From assembly GCA_017554335.1 (NCBI GenBank), contig JAFZIO010000053.1, forward strand, positions 492-64,491: DNA of 64,000 bases, written 5' to 3'. Source of the DNA: Bacteroidales bacterium. Lineage in GTDB: Bacteria > Bacteroidota > Bacteroidia > Bacteroidales > UBA932. Below, in pieces: positions 39,830-49,076 of this stretch; within the stretch, counting starts at the first letter, position 1; each line of letters opens with the position of its first letter. A model generated the notes under the pieces. The model was not told where the DNA came from. It ran no database searches and saw only the letters and a list, made by a program, of their open reading frames with translations. The position numbers were made by a program, and so were the translations under genes.

Positions 39830-39862
39830 TAAAGCGTTAATAGTGGAAAAACAATTTCTCCA

Positions 39863-40837
39863 ATGATCAACACCTCTTTTATACCTACTTGGGATACCAA
39901 GGCTGCCGCCGAAAAGGCTGCAAAAGGCTCGCTTGGAAGCAAAGCCGTCCTCCGCGATGTCTACAAGAGCAACAATGAGATTTTCGCGGCCGGGTGTTAC
40001 CGCACCGACAGCGGCAAGACGGTTCAGCTCTCCGGGCCGAACGACCCGATGATGGATGGCACAATCGTGTATTCAAAAGAGTTACGTTCGCGCAATCAGG
40101 CTCCAGTTGTTGACGCAAAGCTTGAGACCGGCGTCGAGAACGACGACTGCCTGCGTGTGGCCAAGAGGATGCTGGATAAGGGACTTAACCCCGCCGTCCT
40201 CAATTTGGCCGATTGCTATACGGCATGTGGATGGTATCCTCGCGGATCTCGCGCCCAGGAAGAGAGCATCTGCCGCGTGACCACGCTGTCGCGTTCGCTG
40301 TATCAATATTATACGGAAAACATGGCGCAAACAGTTGGTGTCAATTTCAAGGGAAAGGGTTATCCGATGGACTACCACTTTGGCGGCATCTATTCGCCGG
40401 GCGTTACTGTGTTCCGTGATAGTGCCGAGCTTTTCCGTCTTATGGACGAACCCTACAAGGTGAGTGTGATTTCCGTGGCAGCACTCAACTTCCGGGAGCG
40501 TGATGACCGTCCGGCCAGGGATGGTCAGTATCGTGCTGACGACGGAGGCTTTACTCCCGAAGGCCTGACCATCATGCAGGATAAAATTAGAACCATTTAC
40601 CGCATCGCATTGGTAAACGGCCACGACTCCCTCGTCCTCGGCGCCTTCGGCTGCGGTGCCTTCCGCCTTCGCTCCGATATTGTTGCCAGACTCTTCCGTG
40701 ACATTCTCCAGGAAGATGAATTCATCGGCAGCTTCAAGGAGATCCGCTTCGCCATCCTTGAGTGGGGCAATCCCAGTGAAGCAGGAAGAAACGGACGCTT
40801 TGCTCCATTTTACAGATTATTTTCAAATAGTTATTAA
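39863..40837 (+). CDS. Bacterial PARG-type macrodomain (TIGR02452/DUF2263 family)
   Basis: AVLNLAD, GSRAQEESICR, IYSPGVTVFR, LVLGAFGCGAF. Confidence 0.88.
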   Translation: MINTSFIPTWDTKAAAEKAAKGSLGSKAVLRDVYKSNNEIFAAGCYRTDSGKTVQLSGPNDPMMDGTIVYSKELRSRNQAPVVDAKLETGVENDDCLRVAKRMLDKGLNPAVLNLADCYTACGWYPRGSRAQEESICRVTTLSRSLYQYYTENMAQTVGVNFKGKGYPMDYHFGGIYSPGVTVFRDSAELFRLMDEPYKVSVISVAALNFRERDDRPARDGQYRADDGGFTPEGLTIMQDKIRTIYRIALVNGHDSLVLGAFGCGAFRLRSDIVARLFRDILQEDEFIGSFKEIRFAILEWGNPSEAGRNGRFAPFYRLFSNSY

Positions 40838-40838
40838 T

Positions 40839-41408
40839 ATGATTAATCACAACGCAATTGAAAGATTCAACAATCATTACGCGCACTTCGATCTGGTTGC
40901 CAACCTACATAATACAGCATTCAATAACAATGTGGTGCGTTATTTAGAGCTTAAAAATCTGCTCCATAATGTTGATGTTTCCCAGGATGAATACTTCCAA
41001 AACAGATTTACTTTCTTTTACGGATTAAATCATATTCCATCCGCAAGAAGAAGTATGTACTATCAAGAAATGGAAGCCTTAAAGAATTCCACTGACCCAA
41101 TTAACGTAAGGGCATTGACTGAACGGCTAGAGGCGTCGTTGGGGAAAAAGCACTTCTCTTTCTGTTCAAAAATGGCCAACATCATAAATGACAACGCCTA
41201 CCCCATATTTGATAGTCATATTGCTGCTGTGTTCCACCGACCAGGTCTTGGATGTGGAATTGATTACAAAGACAATATGTATCAAGATGTAATTGATACT
41301 TATAATAGTCTAAGAGACAGCCCAACTATTGCAACTTTTCGTAATATGTATAATGCTGGGAATATGGGCTATATGAAAGTATTAGACACTCTATTTTGGG
41401 TATTATAA
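40839..41408 (+). CDS. Hypothetical protein, possibly helical DNA-glycosylase-like fold
   Basis: FSFCSKMANII...YPIFDS and terminal KVLDTLFW motifs. Confidence 0.5.
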   Translation: MINHNAIERFNNHYAHFDLVANLHNTAFNNNVVRYLELKNLLHNVDVSQDEYFQNRFTFFYGLNHIPSARRSMYYQEMEALKNSTDPINVRALTERLEASLGKKHFSFCSKMANIINDNAYPIFDSHIAAVFHRPGLGCGIDYKDNMYQDVIDTYNSLRDSPTIATFRNMYNAGNMGYMKVLDTLFWVL

Positions 41409-41422
41409 CCCGTTATATTATT

Positions 41423-42106
41423 ATGACACTGGAACAATTGATGGCCTATCGGCCTCACGAAATCGTACTGCATGAACTACCAATTCAACAAATCCTACGG
41501 GATTCTCTCTTTTATCCGGATTGCGGTTTGGACGGGGAAATCATCCGGTCCTGCAATGAACAGTTTGAGCTAAGTAGTATTTGTAGTTTTGTTTATGCGG
41601 ATCCAAATATAAACGAAGAACGGCTTCTGGACGAACTGGATTCGTTTACTCATTATAGGGTGCTGGCTACCAGATCGTTTAATCCATTTGATTACAATCT
41701 TGACGCCCCCGTTGTCTACCCTCCTTATAGGCGTCCTTTTGGTAGGTGGACTGTTTATGAAAAGGACCCACACAATTATATAAACGTGGGTCCTGAACGG
41801 TTCTCTGTATTGTTTTTGGGTGGAATGTATATGGATACAGAAGGCGTCTTCCCCCTTTATTCACAATACCATATTACGCCCAAAGCGATAGTTGGAGACG
41901 CTTCACTAAACAACCCTGATTCTGAGTATTCCCGTGTGATGATGAGTGGAGATCTTCCTGAATACATCTACTACAAGAATGACAATCCGGATGGAGATGA
42001 TTTTTATGGTGATTGTTATGTTTTTGATGGCGAAGCCAACATTCATTACGGCCAAGACGGACAGCGGAATGTGACTATATGGCGTCAAATACCAAACAAC
42101 AATTAA
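41423..42106 (+). CDS. Hypothetical protein, possibly Rossmann methyltransferase-like
   Basis: SLFYPDCGLDG followed by SFVYAD. Confidence 0.45.
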   Translation: MTLEQLMAYRPHEIVLHELPIQQILRDSLFYPDCGLDGEIIRSCNEQFELSSICSFVYADPNINEERLLDELDSFTHYRVLATRSFNPFDYNLDAPVVYPPYRRPFGRWTVYEKDPHNYINVGPERFSVLFLGGMYMDTEGVFPLYSQYHITPKAIVGDASLNNPDSEYSRVMMSGDLPEYIYYKNDNPDGDDFYGDCYVFDGEANIHYGQDGQRNVTIWRQIPNNN

Positions 42107-42121
42107 TAGACAAATAAAGTT

Positions 42122-43096
42122 ATGAAAACTAAAACTAAAATTCAACTTCAATTAGATTTATTTAAGCAGAAGTATGAGGGGATAGATCCAGCCATTCTTG
42201 GAATAACGGCAGCTGTTCAAAGAGGTTATCTTTATGGCGATAATGCCAATCATAAACAGATAAGACAGTATTGGGCTGGCCTAATGAAGAAGTATGGGAA
42301 AAAGTATTCTATAAAGACTTCTCCTAAAGACTTGAGGGAATTGTTTATTAAAGATATTGCGGATCTAAAAAAACAGATGAATAATCAGTTCCCGAACAGT
42401 TTTGCTAACTCTAAACCTGACTATGATAATGAGTTTAGGCTAGCCCATGCTCAAAAAAGTCTCTCTATCTATTTGAAACACCTGTGGTCACGCAATCAGT
42501 TGGGAGGTAATATTCCACCCGTTTGTCCCATTGATGGCATTATCCTTAAGAGCATCGGCATAAGCGACCCATGGACAAGGATTAACTCGTTTGATGATAT
42601 CACATTAAAAAACAGCACAATTCACGGGTATAACTATTATTTGAGCAAGGTAGATATTGCGGCTAATGCTATGGGCGACCCTTTAGCGGTTTGGGAGCTA
42701 TTTCAATGGCCCTCGAAAAAGAACGGAAATAAAGGCTCCGTAGAAAAAAGAAAAAAAAAGGAACATAGAACTAGTTCCACAGACCCCGTTCGCCCTATTC
42801 TTGCTGGAGAAACGGTCTTAGACCGCACACATCCTGCCTCATACGGGTACAAACTTAATAAAGGTGCAACAGATTTGTATGTGTTTGCGGCTGAAGATTC
42901 TAGAAAGACCTATTGTGAGGTAATTTCATCTGACGGCAATTATACGGAAGATATGAGACGTACGATTCTTGCTCATCATGGATTTGAGTTCAAGACCCCA
43001 CGTACAGACAGGCATTACTTCATTTGCCAGTTTAGATTGGGCGATGTTGATGCTGCCAGGCGCTTGGTGGAAGAATTAACGGCAGAATTGCAATAA
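42122..43096 (+). CDS. Hypothetical protein, possibly glycosylase-like N-terminal domain
   Basis: AQKSLSIYLKHLW...CPIDGIIL...W motif; AT-rich. Confidence 0.5.
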   Translation: MKTKTKIQLQLDLFKQKYEGIDPAILGITAAVQRGYLYGDNANHKQIRQYWAGLMKKYGKKYSIKTSPKDLRELFIKDIADLKKQMNNQFPNSFANSKPDYDNEFRLAHAQKSLSIYLKHLWSRNQLGGNIPPVCPIDGIILKSIGISDPWTRINSFDDITLKNSTIHGYNYYLSKVDIAANAMGDPLAVWELFQWPSKKNGNKGSVEKRKKKEHRTSSTDPVRPILAGETVLDRTHPASYGYKLNKGATDLYVFAAEDSRKTYCEVISSDGNYTEDMRRTILAHHGFEFKTPRTDRHYFICQFRLGDVDAARRLVEELTAELQ

Positions 43097-43166
43097 CCGA
43101 ATAAAGAGTTGGCAATGTTTTGCAATTATTGCCAAATTCCATATCTTTGCCAAAAGAAACGAAGGA

Positions 43167-43937
43167 ATGGAATACAAACCTATCATATCACCCAAGATGA
43201 AGGCTGTCGCTGAGGAGCTGACAGGCGCCTTTGTGGGAATGAACTATTGTATTACGGAAACTGGCAGGAACCTTATTGTAGAGGTCCCAAAGAGTATGTG
43301 TGAGGATGTACGAACTACCTTGAAGCGGCATTTTCCCGATGTGGCAATGATTCGGAATGCGTATCCTATGTTGGAAGACCTGCATGATTTCATTTTGGTC
43401 AAGCCTCTCATTTCTGAGGCGCCAATATATGATGAGGACGGCATCCCTGTGCCCGAGTTGGAGAAAACACTGGTAGACCACGAAGCAGACAAGGAGTATG
43501 CTTCACTCGGTGATTCAGAGGTTCAGAAAGAATTCCAACGCGCATTCGAATTATATCCCGTCAACAGATCTCGGCTTCTCAGGTACGCAGGAAGAAAAGG
43601 AAAAAAGGAAGAAATCCGCAGGAGGATAGATAGGGTAGATATGAATCGGGTTGAGGTGGTTCACGCAATACAAGACTTTTTTAAAAAGGAACCAGTGAAA
43701 CGGGCATGGCTCTTTGGCTCTTTTTCCAGAATGGAGGAAAGGCCGGACAGTGACATCGACATTCTCGTGGATCTTGACCAATCCACCCCCATTGGACTTC
43801 TTCAGTACGCAGGAATGGTAAACGACCTGGAGGGTATACTAGGCCGGAAAATAGACCTTGTTGCCAATGGCTCAGTCAAACCTTTTGCCCAACCAAGCAT
43901 TAACCGAGATAAAGTACTGATTTATGAGAGAGCCTGA
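43167..43937 (+). CDS. DUF6577/AbiEi-like domain fused to a minimal nucleotidyltransferase (MntA-type antitoxin)
   Basis: VKPLISEAP...PELEKTLVD; C-terminal LFGSFSR...DSDIDILVD...GRKIDLV. Confidence 0.8.
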   Translation: MEYKPIISPKMKAVAEELTGAFVGMNYCITETGRNLIVEVPKSMCEDVRTTLKRHFPDVAMIRNAYPMLEDLHDFILVKPLISEAPIYDEDGIPVPELEKTLVDHEADKEYASLGDSEVQKEFQRAFELYPVNRSRLLRYAGRKGKKEEIRRRIDRVDMNRVEVVHAIQDFFKKEPVKRAWLFGSFSRMEERPDSDIDILVDLDQSTPIGLLQYAGMVNDLEGILGRKIDLVANGSVKPFAQPSINRDKVLIYERA

Positions 43938-44131
43938 ACGGGATCTTGGACGGCTATAGGCTTTCTCTTGAATTCAAGGAGAAGCACCGTGAAATACCCT
44001 GGGATGATATCATTCGTATGCGTCACGTCCTAGTTCATGGGTACGCAACTATCCTTCCAGAGTTGCTCTGGCACACGGCATTGGTGGATGTTCCATTACT
44101 AAAGAAACAGATTGAGGAAATACTGTTTTAA
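43924..44131 (+). pseudogene. HepT/DUF86 HEPN RNase toxin with internal deletion
   Basis: ATG at 43924 gives MREPERDLGRL*; a second frame gives IPWDDIIRMRHVLVHGY (Rx4H). Confidence 0.8.
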
Positions 44132-44141
44132 TAAGCTAGCT

Positions 44142-44462
44142 ATGCAGCGCTTTATAGACAAAGTTTGGGTGGACGACGCCAGGGTTTACGCCAAGACCAG
44201 AGATGGTCTCGTGGCGAGCTACCCCTTTGCTATGTGGGAGCACCTGATAGCCAAGAGCGGCAACAAGTGGAGCCCTGCCCAGAAGGAACGGGCGGAGATC
44301 CTGTTCGCAAAGTATCCCAAGCTCAAGGAACTTCACAGCCTTCTCTGCCAGTTGCGGCAGGTCTTCGCGGACAAGAAGTGCAACCGGGAAGAAGGCAAGA
44401 AGAAACTCCACGCCTGGTACAAAGCTGTGACGGCATCGACGAACCGGGAAATTTGGAAGTGA
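44142..44462 (+). pseudogene. Chimeric remnant: DUF2442-like N-terminus joined to an ISL3-family transposase fragment
   Basis: IDKVWVDDARVYAKTRDG then KSGNKWSPAQKERAEILFAKYPKLKE...KLHAWY. Confidence 0.65.
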
Positions 44463-46809
44463 GCCCATACCTGACAAACTCACGGGGGCTTTCAATATTC
44501 AGATTTCCATAGCCTCCCGCACCTACGATTCTCGCATGCGACCCGAGAGTATGTGCGGCGCAGTATAGGAAAAGATCACGAAACGTGGATTCGGGATTGC
44601 TGGCAAGATACTCTGCCAGGTTTAATGAAAATCTGTCGCACATCCAGAAATGTGAGGCGGAGTTCCAATGGTCGGCCCATGACATTTCGGCTTCTGAGGC
44701 ACCGGAAATCGCAAGCACGCCGGGAATCCCGTCCACAGAACGGATGACAGCCTCGCCATAACAGGGTTCCACGCACAGCAGCTGCTTCCGGAATTTCATG
44801 CGGCTCACCGTTTCCTTGAGCAGTTCAGCTCCGAATCCGCTTCCGGACGGGAAATCCCTCCAGCAGAACTCATCCGCCCCACCGTAGGCCATGCTGCTTC
44901 CATGGCCGCTCCAGAACAGGAAAACATTGGCTCCGGAATCCTGCGGCAGCACGGTATGGAGGCGGCTGCTGCCAGCACCGGTAAGAATATCCGCGATGTC
45001 GGCCGGAGAGAGATCCTTACTGTCATAATCAATCATGGCGGCAGGAAGACTGTCGGAGCCGCCAAGTAAATCTGGCCCGTCCCCGGCGTTCCGGACAATC
45101 CCCGGCTCCGGGTTGTTTTCATCTGAAGGCATATCGCGGTCCAGCACAAGTATGATGTGGTCGTCCGGGAAACCGCCGCTTCGGAGCACCTGATAAATGC
45201 TCAGCACATCCGCTTGATGCCGATAATTGGAGAATCCGCAGCTGCCCTGCACCAAAACGGCATATTGGTCTGTAAGTGCAGGATAATCCACTGACTTTCC
45301 GCCTGAGGTCTGCGCATCGAAATCTGCCCTTGCCTGCTGCTCGTTGTAGAGATACAACCAGAAGGCATTTGCATCGGCGGTGCGGCCACCAAGACCGCCG
45401 AAATACCCTCGGTGCAGGATTTTTCCGTCCATAATCTGCCAGTGGACATATGTTGTGACGGTGGCTGCCGTGTAAGTGTCCCTGTCGAAATTGATTTCAC
45501 CCGATGCGCCAATAAAGTGAAGCAGCTGTCCCTGTTCCAGAGCTTTCAGATATACTTCCATCGAAGTAGTGCTCCATGCCGCTCCGCCCAACTGTGTATC
45601 ATCGGCATTCATGGTTATATCTATGATGGCCTGGTTCATGGACCTGTTGTCGACCACGCCTTCCGAGTGTTCCACATAGCATGCGGCAAATCCCGCCAGC
45701 ATGAGGGCATCGTAAAACTTGCACTCCTCGAACCCGGGCCGGGATCCGAAGCGGACTTCGTAGCTGATTTCGAAACCGGTGGAAGGATCTGCATAGGGGG
45801 AAAAGCCCTCATGCCCCTGAAGTATTTTCCAGGCACGCGGGCCTATGGCATCCAGATCTTCTTCATAGAGTCCCGGAGTGGCGAAATATGTAGAATAACC
45901 GAATTTGAACAGCTCCCATAGTCTGTCGTTTTCCGGATCATCAGGGTCGTTGCTGTCGTAAAGCAGGCTCCAGAGCTCATCGCTCATTACCGCTGTCCTG
46001 TTGGCCCGTGCGACCTCGTAAATCTGCCTCGCCGACTCCGCAACGCAAAAAATTGCAGACGCCGCCATCCACTGTCTGTCCATCACCGCGCGGTATGTGT
46101 CCAGCTTCGAAAGAAGGTCCTCCGTGCCTCTGTACTGAATATTCTGCTGAAGGTCGATGTTCTGCTGGAGCGCAAAGAACGGCGCCCAGTAATTGAATGT
46201 CAACCCATACGCGTCATCAGGAGAGAAAACCGCAGCATAGGGTTTGTCGAGGAGGCTCTCATAGTGTTTGCTCAGGGAAGCATGACGGCTCATCATGAGA
46301 CCGGTTAAGGAAACATCGCTCTCGGTCAGAGACCACAGAAAAGGGTCACGGTTAATCTTCAGACCGCTGGAGGTTACGGCATACCGCCTGATGACGTCTT
46401 CACTGGTCGTGGTGGGAGCGATGAGAGGCTTGAGCGTCCTTTGGCATGCCGGTGCAAATGCCGCAAGGGCCTCGTTCCCGAAAGGGCCGATGATGGCAAT
46501 CACATCCTCCCGGGTGGACAGTTCCCGGCCAAGCTCCTCCAGATTCTCCGTAGATTCATCATACCATTCGAGCTGAAGGTCTATTGCTATGGAATTATGG
46601 AGCTGAGCCTCCCGGAAATTCTCCAAAAACCACTTTGCAGTGCGGTCAAGGCGGACTTTGCCGATTTCCTCTCCCATGGGAGCCACCACGGCGACCGTAT
46701 GCTTTATCCAACGGCGCTGACTCCTGTACGCGATCTCTTTATCTGTACAGCTGACAAGAATCAGCCCGGCGACGAAACACAATAGGGCGCGTACCGGCTT
46801 TCTACTCAT
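44323..46809 (-). CDS. Lipoprotein: periplasmic-binding-protein domain plus C13 (legumain-like) cysteine peptidase
   Basis: LVSC lipobox; AIIGP; NYRHQAD, SGHG and EPCYG His/Cys dyad; last ~45 codons read through the ISL3 remnant. Confidence 0.8.
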   Translation of the reverse strand: MSRKPVRALLCFVAGLILVSCTDKEIAYRSQRRWIKHTVAVVAPMGEEIGKVRLDRTAKWFLENFREAQLHNSIAIDLQLEWYDESTENLEELGRELSTREDVIAIIGPFGNEALAAFAPACQRTLKPLIAPTTTSEDVIRRYAVTSSGLKINRDPFLWSLTESDVSLTGLMMSRHASLSKHYESLLDKPYAAVFSPDDAYGLTFNYWAPFFALQQNIDLQQNIQYRGTEDLLSKLDTYRAVMDRQWMAASAIFCVAESARQIYEVARANRTAVMSDELWSLLYDSNDPDDPENDRLWELFKFGYSTYFATPGLYEEDLDAIGPRAWKILQGHEGFSPYADPSTGFEISYEVRFGSRPGFEECKFYDALMLAGFAACYVEHSEGVVDNRSMNQAIIDITMNADDTQLGGAAWSTTSMEVYLKALEQGQLLHFIGASGEINFDRDTYTAATVTTYVHWQIMDGKILHRGYFGGLGGRTADANAFWLYLYNEQQARADFDAQTSGGKSVDYPALTDQYAVLVQGSCGFSNYRHQADVLSIYQVLRSGGFPDDHIILVLDRDMPSDENNPEPGIVRNAGDGPDLLGGSDSLPAAMIDYDSKDLSPADIADILTGAGSSRLHTVLPQDSGANVFLFWSGHGSSMAYGGADEFCWRDFPSGSGFGAELLKETVSRMKFRKQLLCVEPCYGEAVIRSVDGIPGVLAISGASEAEMSWADHWNSASHFWMCDRFSLNLAEYLASNPESTFRDLFLYCAAHTLGSHARIVGAGGYGNLNIESPREFVRYGLTSKFPGSSMPSQLCTRRGVSSCLLPGCTSCPRRPAATGREGCEVP

Positions 46810-47866
46810 AACCCGCCTCCTTTTTCATGGCATCTTCGTGGATCTCCACAAGTGCCTGAGGGGTCAGGACGCTTTCCGCCCAGTATTGCTGCATCTCGGT
46901 ATAGGGGTGCAGCACCACCTCTGTCCAGCCGTCCGCAAAGGACAGCGTCTGATGCTTCGGCATTCCTTCGGAGGATAGCCACTGCCCTATGCAAATATCC
47001 ACAGCCCTGTCAATATGCTTTACAACAGAAAACGGGCAATGAGGAGAAACGCTCACGGCATCTATCCCGATATAATCGAATCCTCCGAACAAATTGCTCA
47101 AGCGATGGAACGCCCCGGCAGCACCGCCGCAAACCGGAAATACAAGATCCTCGAAGGCAAACATCTCACTGCCATAAACGATGCCCATGGCTTGTTCGTC
47201 TTCAATAACAAATCCCCCTCCGGATTCATCCGAAAGCCATTCCAGCCGCAGCTCTGCATCGCTCTCCGCCGTAGTGTAGTCTGCGTTAAACCCTTCGGTA
47301 AAGCCTTTGACTGATTCCTGTATGACCGGATTGAACGGATTCGCGGCCACGAGGAGCGTCTTGCCGGAGTAAGAACGGGCCACCGCTCCGGCCTCATACA
47401 TGGCGCCGTAATATGGAAGACAAACGGTGGAACCTTTTCCGGCAAGAGGCTCTGCCGTTTCCAGATACAGCAAGTCGGAGAGCGGATTGCCTTCAAGCTC
47501 ACTGCTGTTCCGGCGCAGATACTCATCATAACTTGCGCCGGCGACAATCAGAAGGCGACGTACCGTGTCGCGCTGCGTGCGCATCTGCCCGAAATAGACC
47601 TCCAGAGCCGCCAGTCCCTCTTCTTCCGTGGCCGGCGAAAGCTGCATGGACCTGATCCCGCGCGAAAGCACGGCCCGTTCGACTCCGGCATAAATCAAAT
47701 CATTATAGCTTCTGTCTCCAAGTGCCAGAGGATCGTAAATGACCGTCACCAGAGGAGCGCCAGAAGGCGCATCGGAAGGGTCCGGCTCATACCGGGCCTT
47801 TCCGCAGCCTGCAAGCAGCAAAACAATTGCCGCAACATATCCGTATTTCGACAGCCGATGATTCAT
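46802..47866 (-). CDS. BMP-family substrate-binding lipoprotein
   Basis: LAGC lipobox, LGDRSYNDLIYAG, IGID, SVVKHID. Confidence 0.78.
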   Translation of the reverse strand: MNHRLSKYGYVAAIVLLLAGCGKARYEPDPSDAPSGAPLVTVIYDPLALGDRSYNDLIYAGVERAVLSRGIRSMQLSPATEEEGLAALEVYFGQMRTQRDTVRRLLIVAGASYDEYLRRNSSELEGNPLSDLLYLETAEPLAGKGSTVCLPYYGAMYEAGAVARSYSGKTLLVAANPFNPVIQESVKGFTEGFNADYTTAESDAELRLEWLSDESGGGFVIEDEQAMGIVYGSEMFAFEDLVFPVCGGAAGAFHRLSNLFGGFDYIGIDAVSVSPHCPFSVVKHIDRAVDICIGQWLSSEGMPKHQTLSFADGWTEVVLHPYTEMQQYWAESVLTPQALVEIHEDAMKKEAGYE

Positions 47867-47933
47867 TCAGTCATTCTGATTTGCAAAAATACGCTATTAT
47901 TTGTAAACTTGCGTCCGAAAAAAACATTTTGTC

Positions 47934-48692
47934 ATGAAGAACATTGCTTATAGAATTGCAGCCACAATCTTCCTCTGCCTCCCGCTCGCCTTGATGATGG
48001 TCTCCTGCGGCAAGGATGACGACGAAGATACCGAAGGTTACGAACGCGTGTTATACAGCGAGCTCAACTTGCCCGATGACGGCTCCAACGGTCCGCAGTT
48101 CGAAATAACCGATGAAGATTTCGAGAGCGTCGCAAATGATCTCGGCGTCGACACCGAGGCGCTGAAAGCTGTCTGGAAAGTGGATACCGGCGGCATCAGC
48201 GGTTTTATTCCGGATGGCAACGGCGGAAACCTACCTACGATACTCTTTCAGGGGCATATTTTCTGGCAGCAACTGCGCTCACTCGGACTGAATCCTGAAG
48301 ATTATGAAAAAGGCAACGAAGACATTCTTTACAAGAAAATGACGAAAGCCCACTATGTCGGCGGTCTCGGCGAATGGGATCGTCTGAAGCACGCCATATT
48401 TATAAATGAACGCGCAGCCTACTGTTCCGCAAGCTGGGGCATGTTCCAGATAATGGGTTTCAATTATAAATCATGCGGGTGTGCAACCGTGCTGGAGTTC
48501 GTGGACAGAATGAAAAAAAGTCCGGTGGATCAGCTAAAACTCTTTGCTGGTTTCCTGAAATCCAACGCAAGCATGTTAAATGCACTCAAAAGACTTGACT
48601 GGAAGGCATTCGCCAAGCTTTACTACGGCACTTATTATTACCAGAACCAATACGACGAAAAGCTGTGGCGTGCATACGCCAGTCTGAAATAA
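47934..48692 (+). CDS. Lipoprotein with DUF3380-type N-acetylmuramidase domain (variant active site)
   Basis: VSC lipobox; SASWGMFQIMGFNY, DWKAFAKLY, YDEKL. Confidence 0.85.
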   Translation: MKNIAYRIAATIFLCLPLALMMVSCGKDDDEDTEGYERVLYSELNLPDDGSNGPQFEITDEDFESVANDLGVDTEALKAVWKVDTGGISGFIPDGNGGNLPTILFQGHIFWQQLRSLGLNPEDYEKGNEDILYKKMTKAHYVGGLGEWDRLKHAIFINERAAYCSASWGMFQIMGFNYKSCGCATVLEFVDRMKKSPVDQLKLFAGFLKSNASMLNALKRLDWKAFAKLYYGTYYYQNQYDEKLWRAYASLK

Positions 48693-48702
48693 AGGGCTTA
48701 TT

Positions 48703-48737
48703 CCGGCTCAGATCTTCTGGTAACGAGCCGTTTTTTT
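48703..48737 (+). terminator. Putative intrinsic terminator
   Basis: CGGCTC...GAGCCG followed by a run of T. Confidence 0.5.
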
Positions 48738-48946
48738 GATAATCAAATGGTTATGTTATAACGAGGTCCGGCCGGGCCTCGTTTATTGTTGTTCCCCAGA
48801 CTTTGACAGAAGATGCTGTATGCTACATAGGATAGGCCATTACTAACCTTTCCTCGAACCAACCGCTGTGCCGGGGCGCAAAAACAAGGGCGTCGCGCAA
48901 GGGTGCTGGCAAATGCACCCTTGAGCAAGCCACGATACAGCTATTT

Positions 48947-49076
48947 TGACAGGAAAACGATGAAATCCTGTCAGATTGCCGGGTATTTGGGCATGTCTGA
49001 CAGATTATCGGCCAAAAGCTGTCAAAATCACTGTTATTTCATCATTTCTGACAGAATTCCCGCCAAAATCTGTCAG
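48947..49076. repeat. Array of three TGACAG-Nn-CTGTCA hairpins, copy B
   Basis: Shares ATCCTGTCAGATTGCCG.GTATTTGGGCAT.TCTGACA.ATTATCGGCCAAAAGCTGTCA with copy A. Confidence 0.85.

Noticed and set aside
36514-40837. Canonical DarTG or DarT-NADAR toxin-antitoxin
   Set aside because: No ADP-ribosyltransferase ORF could be recognised in the window.
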